From contig NC_042998.1 in NCBI RefSeq assembly GCF_006345805.1, forward strand, positions 54,250,001 to 54,314,000: a DNA stretch of 64,000 nt, written 5' to 3'. Position numbers and translations under genes: made by a program. The notes beneath the pieces are model-generated. The model ran no database searches. It was not told where the DNA came from and saw nothing but the letters and a program-made list of their open reading frames with translations. The stretch's first letter is position 1. Every line of letters begins with the position of its first letter. Positions 12,452 to 24,790 of this stretch are shown piece by piece. The stretch is from Octopus sinensis. Lineage: Eukaryota.

Positions 12452-12510
12452 ATCCACATGGCATAGAGACAGTTTCATAACACAAGCTGGACTGTTCTGA
12501 CAACAGGCAC
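12452..12510 (-). CDS. KATNIP: KATNIP internal exon upstream of the 8125-8235 exon
   Basis: aaacag|G TGC CTG...ATG CCA TGT GGA T|gtatcctt gives CLLSEQSSLCYETVSMPCG (human ...ASMDYEAPLMPCG). The final T joins TT of the next exon to make Phe, restoring MPCG-F-IYQ in frame. Confidence 0.86.
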
Positions 12511-12660
12511 CTGTTTAAATAGAAAATAATAAGAGATTTATAAATACATGTAGCAATGGAAGAAATACTTACAAAGAGAAATACGTGACTTTTCATAGTC
12601 TTTTAAATAGATTTCTAGGAATTGACAGAAAACTGTTATGTACCACCAAATACATACATA

Positions 12661-12842
12661 CAAAGGGGTACTGAAAAGTTCCAGACTTTGGGAAAAGGAA
12701 TATAATTTTATTCGACGTATTCCTCCTCTCAGATTCACACACTTCTTGCAGCGGTCCTTCAGTTTTTCTAAGCCCTGTAAAAGAACTCCAACCAGGCCTT
12801 TTGTGACACCCTTAAAACCAGGAACTTTTCAGCACACCCTCA
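12661..12842. mobile_element. Mariner-like MITE
   Basis: TIR-like ends caaaggggtactgaaaagttcc / ggaacttttcagcacaccctca, flanked by TA. Confidence 0.7.
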
Positions 12843-13309
12843 TACTAATTTTCAATGAACAAGGCTATATGAATACATTAGAACATATAAACAATTAGTA
12901 ACATATCAGTGAACTTTAATTCATACAGCTTGATTAATATCCAAATATATAACCATTACACTATGAGCTAATGAAAAAGGAGCCTGAACTCAGGTGTTTA
13001 ACTAGCAAGAAATTGCAGCCAAATCTCCCTCAAATCACACATGTTTAAAATACAGGTACACAATATAATGTAGTCTATATTATAAGAAAAATAGGCCCTG
13101 TATATTTAATATGGCATTAAATACATTTTCTTTCCATGCTACTCTGTCTAATCTTTGCAGATTTGCAGAACTTCTACAATTTATCAAACCCTTTAGTATT
13201 TAAACGGACCATATCTGGCCAAAATATTCTACTTATTTTATGTTCAAACTGGCTAGATTTGGCCTCTTGCACCTACCCTAATCACATCATCAAAATCTCA
13301 AAACTATGA

Positions 13310-14160
13310 CATAATGAATGTGTGGTAAGAACCTTGCTTCCGAACTACATGCTTCTGGGTTCAGTCCCACTGCATGGCACCTTGGGCAAATATCTTCTGC
13401 TATAGCCCTTGGCTGACCAGAGCCTTATGAGTAATTTTGGTGGATGGAAATTGTGCAAAGCCCATCATATATATATGTATATGTCTATGTATGTGTGTGT
13501 GAATGTTAAATGATAATGATGATGATGATATATCAGTGTCTTAGCTTTGACATCATGTGATAGTCCAAAGTGAGCATCTAGTCATGCAAGTGATTTTTTT
13601 TCCCCCGGTCTTCTATTAAAATCATGTCTAGCCATGCGGAAATATTATCTTGCAAGGAAACAAGCAGAGGCTGGTGATTCCAACCATAGGAAACCTGCCT
13701 CAACAGTTTCAGTTGGAGCCATACAAGTATGGGAAAATGAACACTGAAACAATGATGATGAGGGTAATACATACATATATATTGTTTATTATTTACTTGA
13801 TTCATTCACTAGACTGTTGCCATGCTGAAGCACAACTTAGAAGGGGCTTAGTTGAACTGATTGACCCCAGTATTTATTTTTCAAGTCTGATATTTCTATT
13901 GGTCACTTTTGCCAAATCACTAAATAATGGGGATGTAAACAAACCAACATGGGTTGGCGGGGGGGGGCAAATACAACACAAAGATATATACATATATACA
14001 TACATATAATGGGCTTCTTTCAGTTTCCATCTATCTGATTTATTCGCAAGGCTTTGGTTTGGGCTATAATAGAAGACACTTGCCCAAGGTGCCATGTGCA
14101 GTGAGACTGACCACAGATCCATGTGGTTGAGAAGCAAACTCATTACCACAGCCACATAAA
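13310..14160. mobile_element. Two SINE family A copies tail-to-tail
   Basis: Plus copy about 13310-13760, minus copy about 13790-14160. Confidence 0.7.
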
Positions 14161-16035
14161 TACACATATGTGTGTGTTTATATCTATCTATCCATCTATC
14201 CTTATATCACAAATATCACATGTAATTAAATCCCTTTTAAATTGTAATGTTTTAAACCTTGTATATGGCAGAATTCTCTTTGTTTTAAGTGTTAGTCGGC
14301 ATGTATCAATACATAGATGTAAGCAGCAAAATGCAAATATTCTGAACAAAATGAAAAGAAATTCCCAGACAATGCGTTACACACATATAACTGAAAGCTT
14401 AATCATTTATATGAAAGACATTCAAGGACATTCACAATGTACATTCTACAGGAGGTGAAAAAAAAACCCAGAAAAAGAGAAAAATAAATCAATATTCGAA
14501 AACAAAAGATAAAATGAAAGAAGGCATCAAAAAGAGTAATATTACAAGAGTAAGTCAGAAAAACATTAGGAAATGTTTGAATCTATAGGATAATATTTAT
14601 TGCAGTTGTGAACAAAAATATCTGAAGTTATCAGGAAATTGTGCAGCTCACACCTTAACCACTGCAAGACAAAAATTTAATTTCAAATCCAATTTGTTCT
14701 CTTTCCTTCCCCGCTGATGTAATCATACAGACAGGAAGCTGTGTATTTGAAATTCCATTTCAATCAACCACCGTAATAAGAACAATTATTATTAAATAGG
14801 TTTAAAACTTTATAATATAGGATACAGGAACAGCTATCGCCATTGATTACACAATAGAAACAAACAGAATTATCGGGAAGCTTTTATTACTGTAAGAAAC
14901 AAAAGAAAGAACAAACTGGCTGTTTCTCTCAAAACTTGCTTTACAATAAATGTCTGTTTGATCCTTTTGAGCTGTCAGCTGATGAGAAAATTCTTTCATT
15001 CACAAATGGTTGCATGCAACAAATCTTTTAGAATGATTGAATTAAAATAAATTTAGCTGTGACTAGATAGTTTGGTAAAAGAAATGCTTATTACATAAAA
15101 TATTTAATTCTAAATCTAAAATATAAAACACAGCGGTGATTTAACTTTTCAATAGGGAATAATGTAGGCAGGCTTGACTGCACTTTTATAAATGAATACC
15201 GATGTAAACAATTATCTGTTTCTTAGATACTGATCATTTATCATTTTAGAATACAGCTCATCGTTCTAATCTAGGCTTATTTAATACAAAATTTTTTAGT
15301 AATTCCATTAGGCTTTAAATAAAGATATTTTTTTTTACTGAACAGAAATTAACAATTACATTTTTGTTTCTTTCTTGGCTGAGAAAACTCAATAATCTTA
15401 ACTCTTTTCAACAATTTAATTATAAAACCATATATATATATGTATGTATAAAGGGGTTTTTCATGTGACACTGGAGCTTGGATGTCAGTTCTGATAGCAG
15501 GAAATAAGATTACTGTGAAGCAGAAACTTATAACTTTAAGAACACAATAAATCTATACGTATATATATATATAGGAATGTATGTATATTAGTTAAGTGCG
15601 GGCAATCATACTTAGGGTTGTGAGCTAAAATTAAATTTTCATCATGAGCAGAAATACTTTTAGTGCTAACTAATATTAATCTCAGCATCATAAGTTTGGT
15701 AACTGGCACTTAATTGTATTCTCCCCACTTCTATACCCCTCACTTGGCCACCACTCTTGCCATTTATCCACCTCTATTAGCATCCATCACTCTCTCACTG
15801 CTTCTACAACTTGCTCATTCCTTTCACTGTTTCTATCATCACACTCCTGTTCCTTCTCCCTCTGATTCTGGTTCTTCTGTATTGTTGTCCCCTTTGTTCA
15901 CCTCCTCAACCACACTGTCATGAATAAATAAACAAATACTTTATAAAGGAGTGAGAGTACTTTAAAATTTGGTGCATGAGGCAACACCCACTATTTTGAG
16001 CACCACTATAAATTTACCCATGCAGGAACATTTAA

Positions 16036-16665
16036 CCCTTTAGCTTTCTGGTTAATTTGTCAATGTAATGCTTATTTATTTCCATTTTGAATTTATTCTG
16101 CATTATAATAAAATAATAATGAAATTATTGCATACAGTGCTCAGGTGCACCACAACTTGTCAAAAGTGTGTATAAAACATATGCAGTAATGTACAAATGT
16201 CTGGGAAGTGAACAGTGCATGAGTCAGATACATGCTTGTGTGTGTATAGAGGGGAGAAAATTGGGTGTAGTGTTGGCGAATCTCAGGAAGCATGGCAGTT
16301 TTGAAGAATTCAGCGCTCCGACAACTAACAACTGATGCCGGCAGTTTGTTCCATACTTCAGCAACTCTTAGCGAGAAAAAATGTTTCCGAAAGTCATGGG
16401 AGCTGTGCTGTTTTCTGATTTTGTAAACATGTCCACAGGTGTTAGACAGGTGGAGTTTGAAAAGGTGCTCAGAGTTATTGTTAGTAGTCATCTGCCAGAC
16501 GTCGGAGTTTCAATGTATCCATGCCCAGGGTGAGATTTCAACAATATGATTGTTTATTTTCAGAATAACATTGTAGGGTAAGTGTTAGAAGTCAGATCCG
16601 GCTGGTTTGAGCATAGAACAGGTAGACTATTAGGGCTAGACATAGTTCATTTGAATGCTAAAGGA
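16036..16665. mobile_element. TTAA-flanked (piggyBac-like) MITE interrupted by a LINE fragment
   Basis: ttaa|ccctttagc...gaatgctaaagga|ttga; same family as 43118 and 49055. Confidence 0.6.
16105..16492 (-). mobile_element. CR1/L2-type LINE 3' fragment
   Basis: TCGHVYKIRKQHSSHDFRKHFFSLRVAEVWNKLPASVV matches the CR1-clade C-terminal motif TRGH.YK.......RK.FFS.RV...WN.LP..VV. Confidence 0.8.
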
Positions 16666-17106
16666 TTGAAGTGATTGGCAAGTGAGTAAAGCTGCGGGAT
16701 CTTGAGGATCTTGTAACTCTGTCAAATACATAGCACCCTCCATTTTATAGAATGTACTGAGAACATTCTATCACATGTGAATATGTGTAAGTCTTCATCC
16801 TAATGCTTGGCAACCAGTGCTGGTTTGTTTATATCCCTATAACTTAGTGGTATGGCAGTAGAGACCAAGAGAAGAAGTACCAGACTTAAAAGGTAAGTAC
16901 TAGTGTTGATTTGTTCAAAGAAAGCTCTTCAAAGGGGTGCCTCAGTATGGCTGTAGTCAAGTTTTTGAAGTCTGGTACTTATTCTCTTTATTGCTATTGC
17001 CAAACCACCAAGTTTCAGAGATTTAAACAAACCAGCACTGGTTGTCAAATGGTGAAGGGTGACAAACACAGACACAAAGACACACACACATGCACACACA
17101 CATATA

Positions 17107-17263
17107 GGCACAGGCGTGGGTGTGTGGTAAGAAGCTTGCTTCCTAACCACATGATTCTGGGTTCAGTCCCACTGTGTGGCACCTTGGGCAAGTGTTTTCT
17201 ACTAAAGCCTTGGACTGACCAAAGACTTGTGAGTGGATTTGGTAGACGAAAACTGAAAGAAGC

Positions 17264-17306
<43 letters not shown>

Positions 17307-17516
17307 GTGTGTGTGTGTTTGTCCTTACCACCATCACATGACAACTGATACTGGAGTGTTTATGTCTCTGTAACTTAGTGATTTGGTAAAGGAGACTGGT
17401 AGGATAGGCACAAGGTTTACAAAGAATAAGTCATGGGGTTAATTGCTTCAACTAAAAACCGTTAAGGCAGTGCTCCAGCATGGCTGTAATCAAATGACTG
17501 AATCAAGTAAAAGAAT
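17107..17516 (+). mobile_element. Near full-length SINE family A
   Basis: Head ggcacaggcgtgg..tgtggtaagaagcttgc, internal (TA)n, and tail gtgctccagcatggc...gactgaatcaagtaaaagaata. Confidence 0.85.
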
Positions 17517-18227
17517 AATACACACACATTTAATGGGTTCCCCACACAGTTTACATAAAAAAAATTCACACACATGGTAGTGAAGCTATAGTACAAGATA
17601 CTTGCTGAAAGGAACCACACACTGGGATTGAATTCCAATCACATGCTTGTACAGTGAACTTCTTAGCCACACAGGCATGCCTTTCTCTTAACAGATCCTA
17701 ATTCCAAACCTATCTTTCTGGTGGGTGTCATTATAGCTACTACAAATATGGGGCAGCTATGCAGAATAAAATTAATCATCATTGTTGTTACTTCCTTGAC
17801 ATTTTACTTTCAATTTTAATTAAAATCCCATTTTATTCAAATGTGGGTTCACACTTATTTACCTCAAAAGCCACTGACTTCATTACCATCTATTATCAAG
17901 AATTGCAGTTTATGTGGGTCTGTCTGTATGCATGTTAACTTCTGCTTGGTAGAGTTTAAAACTAAATATGCACATGTGCATGCATGCATGCACACACACA
18001 CACACCTCCACCCACCCATACAGAGGCTGATTCAGAGGCTTAGAAAGCCCTCTAGCATTCAAATGATATGAAAAAAAAAAACAAAAAAAATTCTAAGTGA
18101 ACTTCTGAATAACCTGTATCTCTCTCTCACTGTCTTTGTATACATGTATATCTGTGGTTAAATGTATGTACATATATATAATAACAGTGTGGAAAATAGA
18201 CATATGATAGTGATTATGTGTGTCTGT

Positions 18228-18575
18228 CTGTCTGTCTATCAATCTATTTATCTACATATCTATCTATCTATCTATCTATCTATCTCTATCTATCTATGGA
18301 TTGATCTACCTATCTATCTATCTCTATCTATCTATGGATTGATCTACCTATCTATCTATCTATCTATCTTTCTGTCTATTTATTTATCTATCTAACTGTC
18401 CATCTGTTTGTCTATTGATCTAGCTATGTAGGTCTGTCTGTCTGTCTATCTGTCTATCTATGTATCTACCTATCTATCTAACAACTTATCTATCTAACTG
18501 ACCATCCATCTGTCTATCGATTTAGCTATGTCTGTCTGTCTATCTGTCTATCTATCTATCTACCTCCCCATCCAC
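18228..18575. repeat. Compound (TCTA)n/(TCTG)n microsatellite
   Basis: Directly visible. Confidence 0.9.
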
Positions 18576-19021
18576 CCATCCATCTATCCATCATCATCAT
18601 TTAACATCTGTTGTCCATGCTAGAATAGGTTGGATGGTTTGACCAATGCTAGTAAGCTGAGGGGCTGTACCAGACTCCCGTCTGGTTTGGCATGGTTTCT
18701 ACGGTTGGATTCCCTTCCTAATGCCAACTACTCTGAGAGTGTAATAGGTGCTTTTGCCTGCCACTGGCTGCAAGTGCCAGTTTTGTGCCACCAGTATCTG
18801 ACATGACTATAATTTCACTTGGCTTGATGGATCTTCTAGTCATGCATGGCATATTGCCAAAGGTCTCCATTATTTGTTACTGCCTCCATAAGGTTCAATA
18901 CACAAAAGATGCTTTTATATGCTACCAGCACAGGTGCTAGTTATGTGACACCAGCACTGGTCACATTGCTTCTGTGATCCCCAACGCTCAAAAGGTGTTC
19001 TTTACATGCCACTGGTGAGAC

Positions 19022-19236
19022 TCAATGCTTTTTACATGATACCGGCATCAGCCATCTGTCTGTTTGTCTCTCTATGATGTTTTTCAACTGTTTTACATTG
19101 CAGGGTTTTTTCTCCTCGAGTTTCCTTTTCAAAACACCCAACAAATGTTCTATTGGGTTTAAATCAGGTAACTTGGTAGGCCAAGGCAATACCTTTATCA
19201 TTTTATCTGATGAAAACTTAGTTGTCATCTCTGAAG
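19022..19236 (-). mobile_element. Tc1-like transposase C-terminal fragment
   Basis: IKVLPWPTKLPDLNPIEHLLGVLKRKLEEKKPCNVKQL carries the WP..SPDLNPIE motif. Confidence 0.8.
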
Positions 19237-21199
19237 TATATATATATATATATATATATACTTGGAAATAGGTGAGAGTTGGTAACAGGAAAGGTAGCTG
19301 ATACCAGAAAATGTGCCACTACAAATTTGGCTTGACCCATGTAAACATGGAAAAGACAATGTTATGATGATGACGATGATGATGAAACAGCCAAACATAC
19401 ACACATATTTGGGCATTTTCTCTCTACTGAATTACACCCACAAATTGTTGGGTAACCCAAAGTAACAGTAGAAAATACTCGCTCAAAATGCTAGGATGCA
19501 GTACATTTGAATCAAATATAGGAAGGGATGCTTGAGAAGCAAACTCGTTAATCATCCAGCTATTCCTACTAGGAAGTGTTATTTGTTAGATTATGTTTAG
19601 AATTTTAGTTTTATTCCATAAAGTTTATTGTAGGTTTTGGGGAAATATTTCACAGATGACAGTTATAATTCAGAAAAGAGATTTTCACTCAAGTTGTAAG
19701 CACGTATGTTTTGTGAAGTATATCATTGTGGCTCTTTATTGTATATGCTTTGACAATAAGCAACATTGCATAGCACCTATACATTATTTGTGGAAAGGTT
19801 TTCTTTCTGTTAGTGAGTCAGTAGAAGAGTGGTAGTGCTCTTAACTTTAGCAAACCCTCACAAAATTTCAAATCCATTGGCATTGATGTTCAGTTGGAAC
19901 ATCTGAATGTAACAGTTAGATTTATGAAATTTACAACTGTCATGTTTGGGGCTGAATATCTGTATTATGTTGGCTTCTTGAAATTTCTTACAATGCTTGC
20001 ATGTAGTTGATAAGGACATTTTTCAATGTTGTATCCTTGTAATTTATTATATGGTTACAAACTTCTAAACCAGTTGACTACAGTGTGGCTGAATAGCTAA
20101 GAAGTTTAACTATTTTCTCGTTTGATCACAATCTCTGGGATCATGGAGGATTGTCGTTTTCTTAGGGATCAGGTCATCCTATACTTCATGAATGAAGCAA
20201 ATGAAAACTGTATAGAAGTTCACATTGACAAGACTGAAATGTAATTGAAAAAAAAAAAAAACTCTCTTGTCACATAGTTTGTCATGGCGATTCTGCCTGC
20301 AGAAACAATGTTAAAGGCTTCATATGCCTTTGGAATGCTCAGTCAATTATGTGTTAAATTTGGGAGAAGGTAAATCAGCTAATTAAACACCTGAATCCTC
20401 GCCAATGAACAAGAGACCCACCACTATAGATAATGATTTCATATTTTGGCACAAGACCAGTAATTTCAAGGGTGGGAGTTAAATCAATTACATCAATCCT
20501 AGTGGTCAACTGGTACTTATTCTATTGACACTGAAAGGATGAAATGCAAAGTCAACCTTGGAGGAATTTGAACTCAGAACATAAAGACAGATTAAATACC
20601 ACCAAGCATTTCACCTGACATGCTAATGATTCTGCCAGCTCACCACTTTATCCACCACTATTAAACAATAGCAGTTTCTGATTGAGTTTAAAGTAGGTTA
20701 ATTAGCTTTTTGACAACATATTTAATTACTCTACAGTCTGGACATCTTTAGTTCATATGAAATATTCTGCACAAGGGGTGAGGTTTGTTTCTGTTCAACT
20801 TGATGCATTTATCTTTTAGTCTTTGACTTGCTTCAGTCACTGGACTGTGGCCATACAGGGGCACCACCTCGATAGGCTTAGTCAAAAAAAAAATCAACCC
20901 TACTATTTATTTTTAAAGCTTGGCATTTACTCTATCAGACTTTCTTTGCTGAACTGCTAAGTTGCAGGGATGTAAATGGACTAAAACTGGTTGGTGGATG
21001 GGGTTGGAGAACAAACATAAACACATATATGAGAAGCTTCTTTCAGTTTCTGTCTACCAAATTCACTGACAAGGTTTTGGTCAACCTGAGGGTATAGTAA
21101 AAGACACTTGCCCATGGTGCCAAGCAGTGGAACAGAACCCAAGACTGCATGATTGGGAGGCAAGCTTTTAAACTACTCAGTCATGCAGGCACCTCTACT

Positions 21200-21580
21200 C
21201 ATCATCATCATCATTTAACGTCCGCTTTCCATACTAGCATAGGTTGGACAATTTGACTGAGGACTGGCAAACCAGATGGCTGCACCAGGCTCCAATCTTG
21301 ATCTGGCAGAGCTTCTACAGCTGGATGCCCTTCCTAACACCAACCACTCTGAGAGTGTAGTGGGTGCTTTTACATGCCACCAGCACGAGGGCCAGTCAGG
21401 TGGTACTGGCAACGGCCATGCTCAAATGGTGTTTTTTACATGTCACCTGCACAGGAGCCAGTCCAGTGGCACTGGCAACGACCTCGCTTGAATGTTTTTT
21501 CATGTGCCAGTAAGGCGACATTGGTAACGATCACACTCGAATGGTGCTTTTTATGTGCCACCAGCATGGAAGCCAGTTGT
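21200..21580 (-). mobile_element. SINE family C with internal tandem modules
   Basis: (CAT)n tail at about 21200 and repeated gccag...ggtactggcaacg modules. Confidence 0.75.
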
Positions 21581-22273
21581 ATGTTTATTTCATATATTCT
21601 GTTAAACCTGTTTCTATTTTCTTACATAATTCTGTCTGTGAAAATGACATAAACATCTGTTATTAAACAAGTTTATTGCAGTAATTTCTTTGTGTTATGC
21701 TACATTTTGTCATTATCACCATGTTACACTTCTTATTCCATGCTGGCACCCCGAGATGGGTCTGGACCAAATATCATTCAAACATTACATTTTTAGCATG
21801 CTTTCTGCGACTGGAGGTCCGTGGTCTTGCCAAGCATTTTGTAGCAGGAGATTCAATGGTTATTTTGAGTAGTTCATGCCAACACGCACATGCTCATTTA
21901 TTAGCTCATTAAAAGAGATGCTGTTATTGATGGTACTAACTTAAAAACTTTCGAAATACCTGCTTTTATGGCTTCTTATCTTTTTTTTTCATCAATGAAT
22001 ACAACATATACAAAAATATTTCTACACCAGCATAAGAGTATATGAGTGTGTGTGTATATATGCATGTGCGTGTGTGTGGGGTGGTGAATGGATGGATGGG
22101 TAGATAGATAGATATACACTTATGGAGTTTAAAGGAAAACACAAGTATAGGCATACACATATGGTACAGCTATGTATGGAAACAAAATACACAAAGCAGA
22201 TATATGTGTGCATTCTTTAAATGCATATCTATGTACAATAATCAATCTGATGTGTTCTATAATAATAATAATA

Positions 22274-22316
<43 letters not shown>

Positions 22317-22652
22317 CGATGATGATGATAATAATAATAATACAATCATGATGATGAGGTGGTATTATAAAATAGTTAACTAGCAAAGATCTCTTGCTGC
22401 AGACAATAAAGCAACCGAACAGAATATTGCTAAAAATATTATTTAATAACAAGTAAATTACTCTATGATAATAAGAAAGCCTAAGGGCAATAACAAGTCT
22501 TCTCATTAGAATTGAGAAGCCTGTAATAATAAACACAAAGAGACAGAGAGGATTTCAGAGAGTAAGGTTGCAGAAGGTCAGAGAAGAGAGAGAGAGAGAG
22601 AGAAAGAAAGAGAGTGTGTGAGATAAACAGAGCATATATATGTGTGCATGAT

Positions 22653-22705
<53 letters not shown>

Positions 22706-23419
22706 ATTATATTATGTTATATAACATTATTTTGCATGCATCCACAACATACATAGGTATGTATTAGGAATGTATGTGTATATGCACATAATTACACGCA
22801 CATATATATATACACACATATCGTAAACAATATAAATTTTTCTCTATAATGAAGTCAAAAGGATTAGTTAGATAGTTTATTTGTACGCAGACAAGAGATA
22901 GTAATTATGGACCCGTGATGCTATCTGCTCCTAAATATAATCTCATTCAATGGATTATTATTAAGTCACAAAAACACCAAAGTTTTCTTTTTTTTTTTTT
23001 TTAATAAAAGAGACGAAGACATTTCAGAAAGATGTTTGCTGACGTTGTTGATCTCAAGGAACGATAGAAGCAAACAGAGAGAAAGAACGAACAAATTCCA
23101 TGTTCAACTCAGGTGATTATAATGTAACTTACAGCATGAGATGACATATAGGTGAGACAATTTGGTGATGTAATTAACCACATAAACAAAATGATTAATG
23201 CAATAATTGCTAGGAGAATACAAAATAAGTTGAAATGCTGAGACAAACAGCAAATTATAAATAGGCAAGAAGACTCGATTATTTAATTTATAAGCCTTCT
23301 CCAAATGTTTTGAGTCAATGTTAGGAATTAAATTTCTATCTGGTGTATCAAATGAATGAGGTAATTCATTTTTAATTGACATTTTTATTGCTTTATCTTT
23401 AATATTTTTATCTTTTACT

Positions 23420-24310
23420 TGTTTCCGTCACTGGATTGAGGCCTTGCAGGAGCACTACCTTGAAGAGTTTAGTCTGACAAATTAACTTCTAGTACTTATT
23501 TTTGTTTAAAACCTGGCACTTGTTTTGTTGGCTTCTTGTTGCTGAACCACTAAATCATTGAGATATAAACAAGAATGCATGGCTGTGTGGTAAGAAGCTT
23601 GCTTCCCAACCACATGATTCCAGGTTCAGTCCCACTGCATGGTACCTTGGGAAAGTGTCTTCTACTATAACCTTAGGCTGACCAAAGCCTTGTGCATGAA
23701 TTTGGTAGATGGAAACTGAAAGAAGCCCATCATATATTAATATACATATATATAAATATGCATATATATACACACACACACACACACATATGTATATATT
23801 TACACATATATGTCAGTATGGAAAATGGAAGTCAAATAATAATGATATACATACATACATACATACATATATCTGTGTGTGTGTGTGTCAGAGTCAGTCT
23901 CCCCACCATCATTTGATGACCGATGTTGGTGCATTTACATCCCCATAAGTTAGCAGTTTGGCAAAAGAGACCAATAGAATAACTATTAGGCTTACAAAGA
24001 ATAAGCCCTGGGGATGATTTCTTCAGCTAGAACCCTTCAACATGGTGCCCCAGCATGGCAGTAGTCAAATGACTGAAATAAGTAAAAGAGTAAAAACCAA
24101 CAGTGAATGTGAAGTGATGGCAAGGGACAAACACGAAGACACACACAATGAGTTTCTTTCAGGTTCCATCTACAAAACCCACCCACAGAGGTTTGATTGG
24201 CCTGCGGCTATTTTAGAAGACAATTACCTAAGATGTCACACAGAAGGAATGAACCCATAGCCATTTGGTTGGGAAGTAAAACTTCTTAACACACAACCAC
24301 ACCTGCACAT
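23420..24310. mobile_element. Cluster of three SINE family A pieces in alternating orientation
   Basis: Minus about 23420-23570, plus about 23575-24090, minus about 24090-24310. Confidence 0.7.
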
Positions 24311-24681
24311 ATACACATACTCAATACATATTGGCTTTTACCTGTGCAATTATTTCTCTAGCATTCATTCACTAATTAATGATCTAAAAATCAAAATGTG
24401 TTTTGCTTTTAGAGGTTTTTTAAAATTTACCTTTCCCAGTAATATTGATCCAGTTTTAAACTCTCAAGCCTGGACGCACCTGTAATTTTGCTGCTGTTGT
24501 TTAGTCTACAGCTTTGCACTAAATGAGCAGACATATGCTAAAAGATGGGTTAGTTGCTATAAGAAATTCACACAGATTTCTGAGATAAAGAATTATCACA
24601 ATCATACATTATAGGCACGGGTGTGATTGTATGGTTAAGAAGCTTGCCTTCCAACCATGTGATTTTGGATCCTAATCAAAC

Positions 24682-24790
24682 TGTGGTACTTAGAGCAAGT
24701 CCAAATGTGTGGTACCCAGAGCAAGTTCAATTGTGTGGTACCCAGAGCAAGCCCAATTGTGTGGTACCCTGGACAACTGTGTGGTATCCT
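24682..24790 (+). repeat. 26-bp minisatellite inside a SINE family A copy
   Basis: Units tgtggtacccagagcaagyycaattg start at 24682, 24708, 24734, 24760 (shortened) and 24780 (partial). Confidence 0.85.

Noticed and set aside
24430-24478. 49-nt AG/GT-bounded open segment ending in phase 2 (GASRLESLKLDQYYWE)
   Set aside because: Phase fits the 12510 exon, but there is no similarity to KATNIP and such segments occur by chance.
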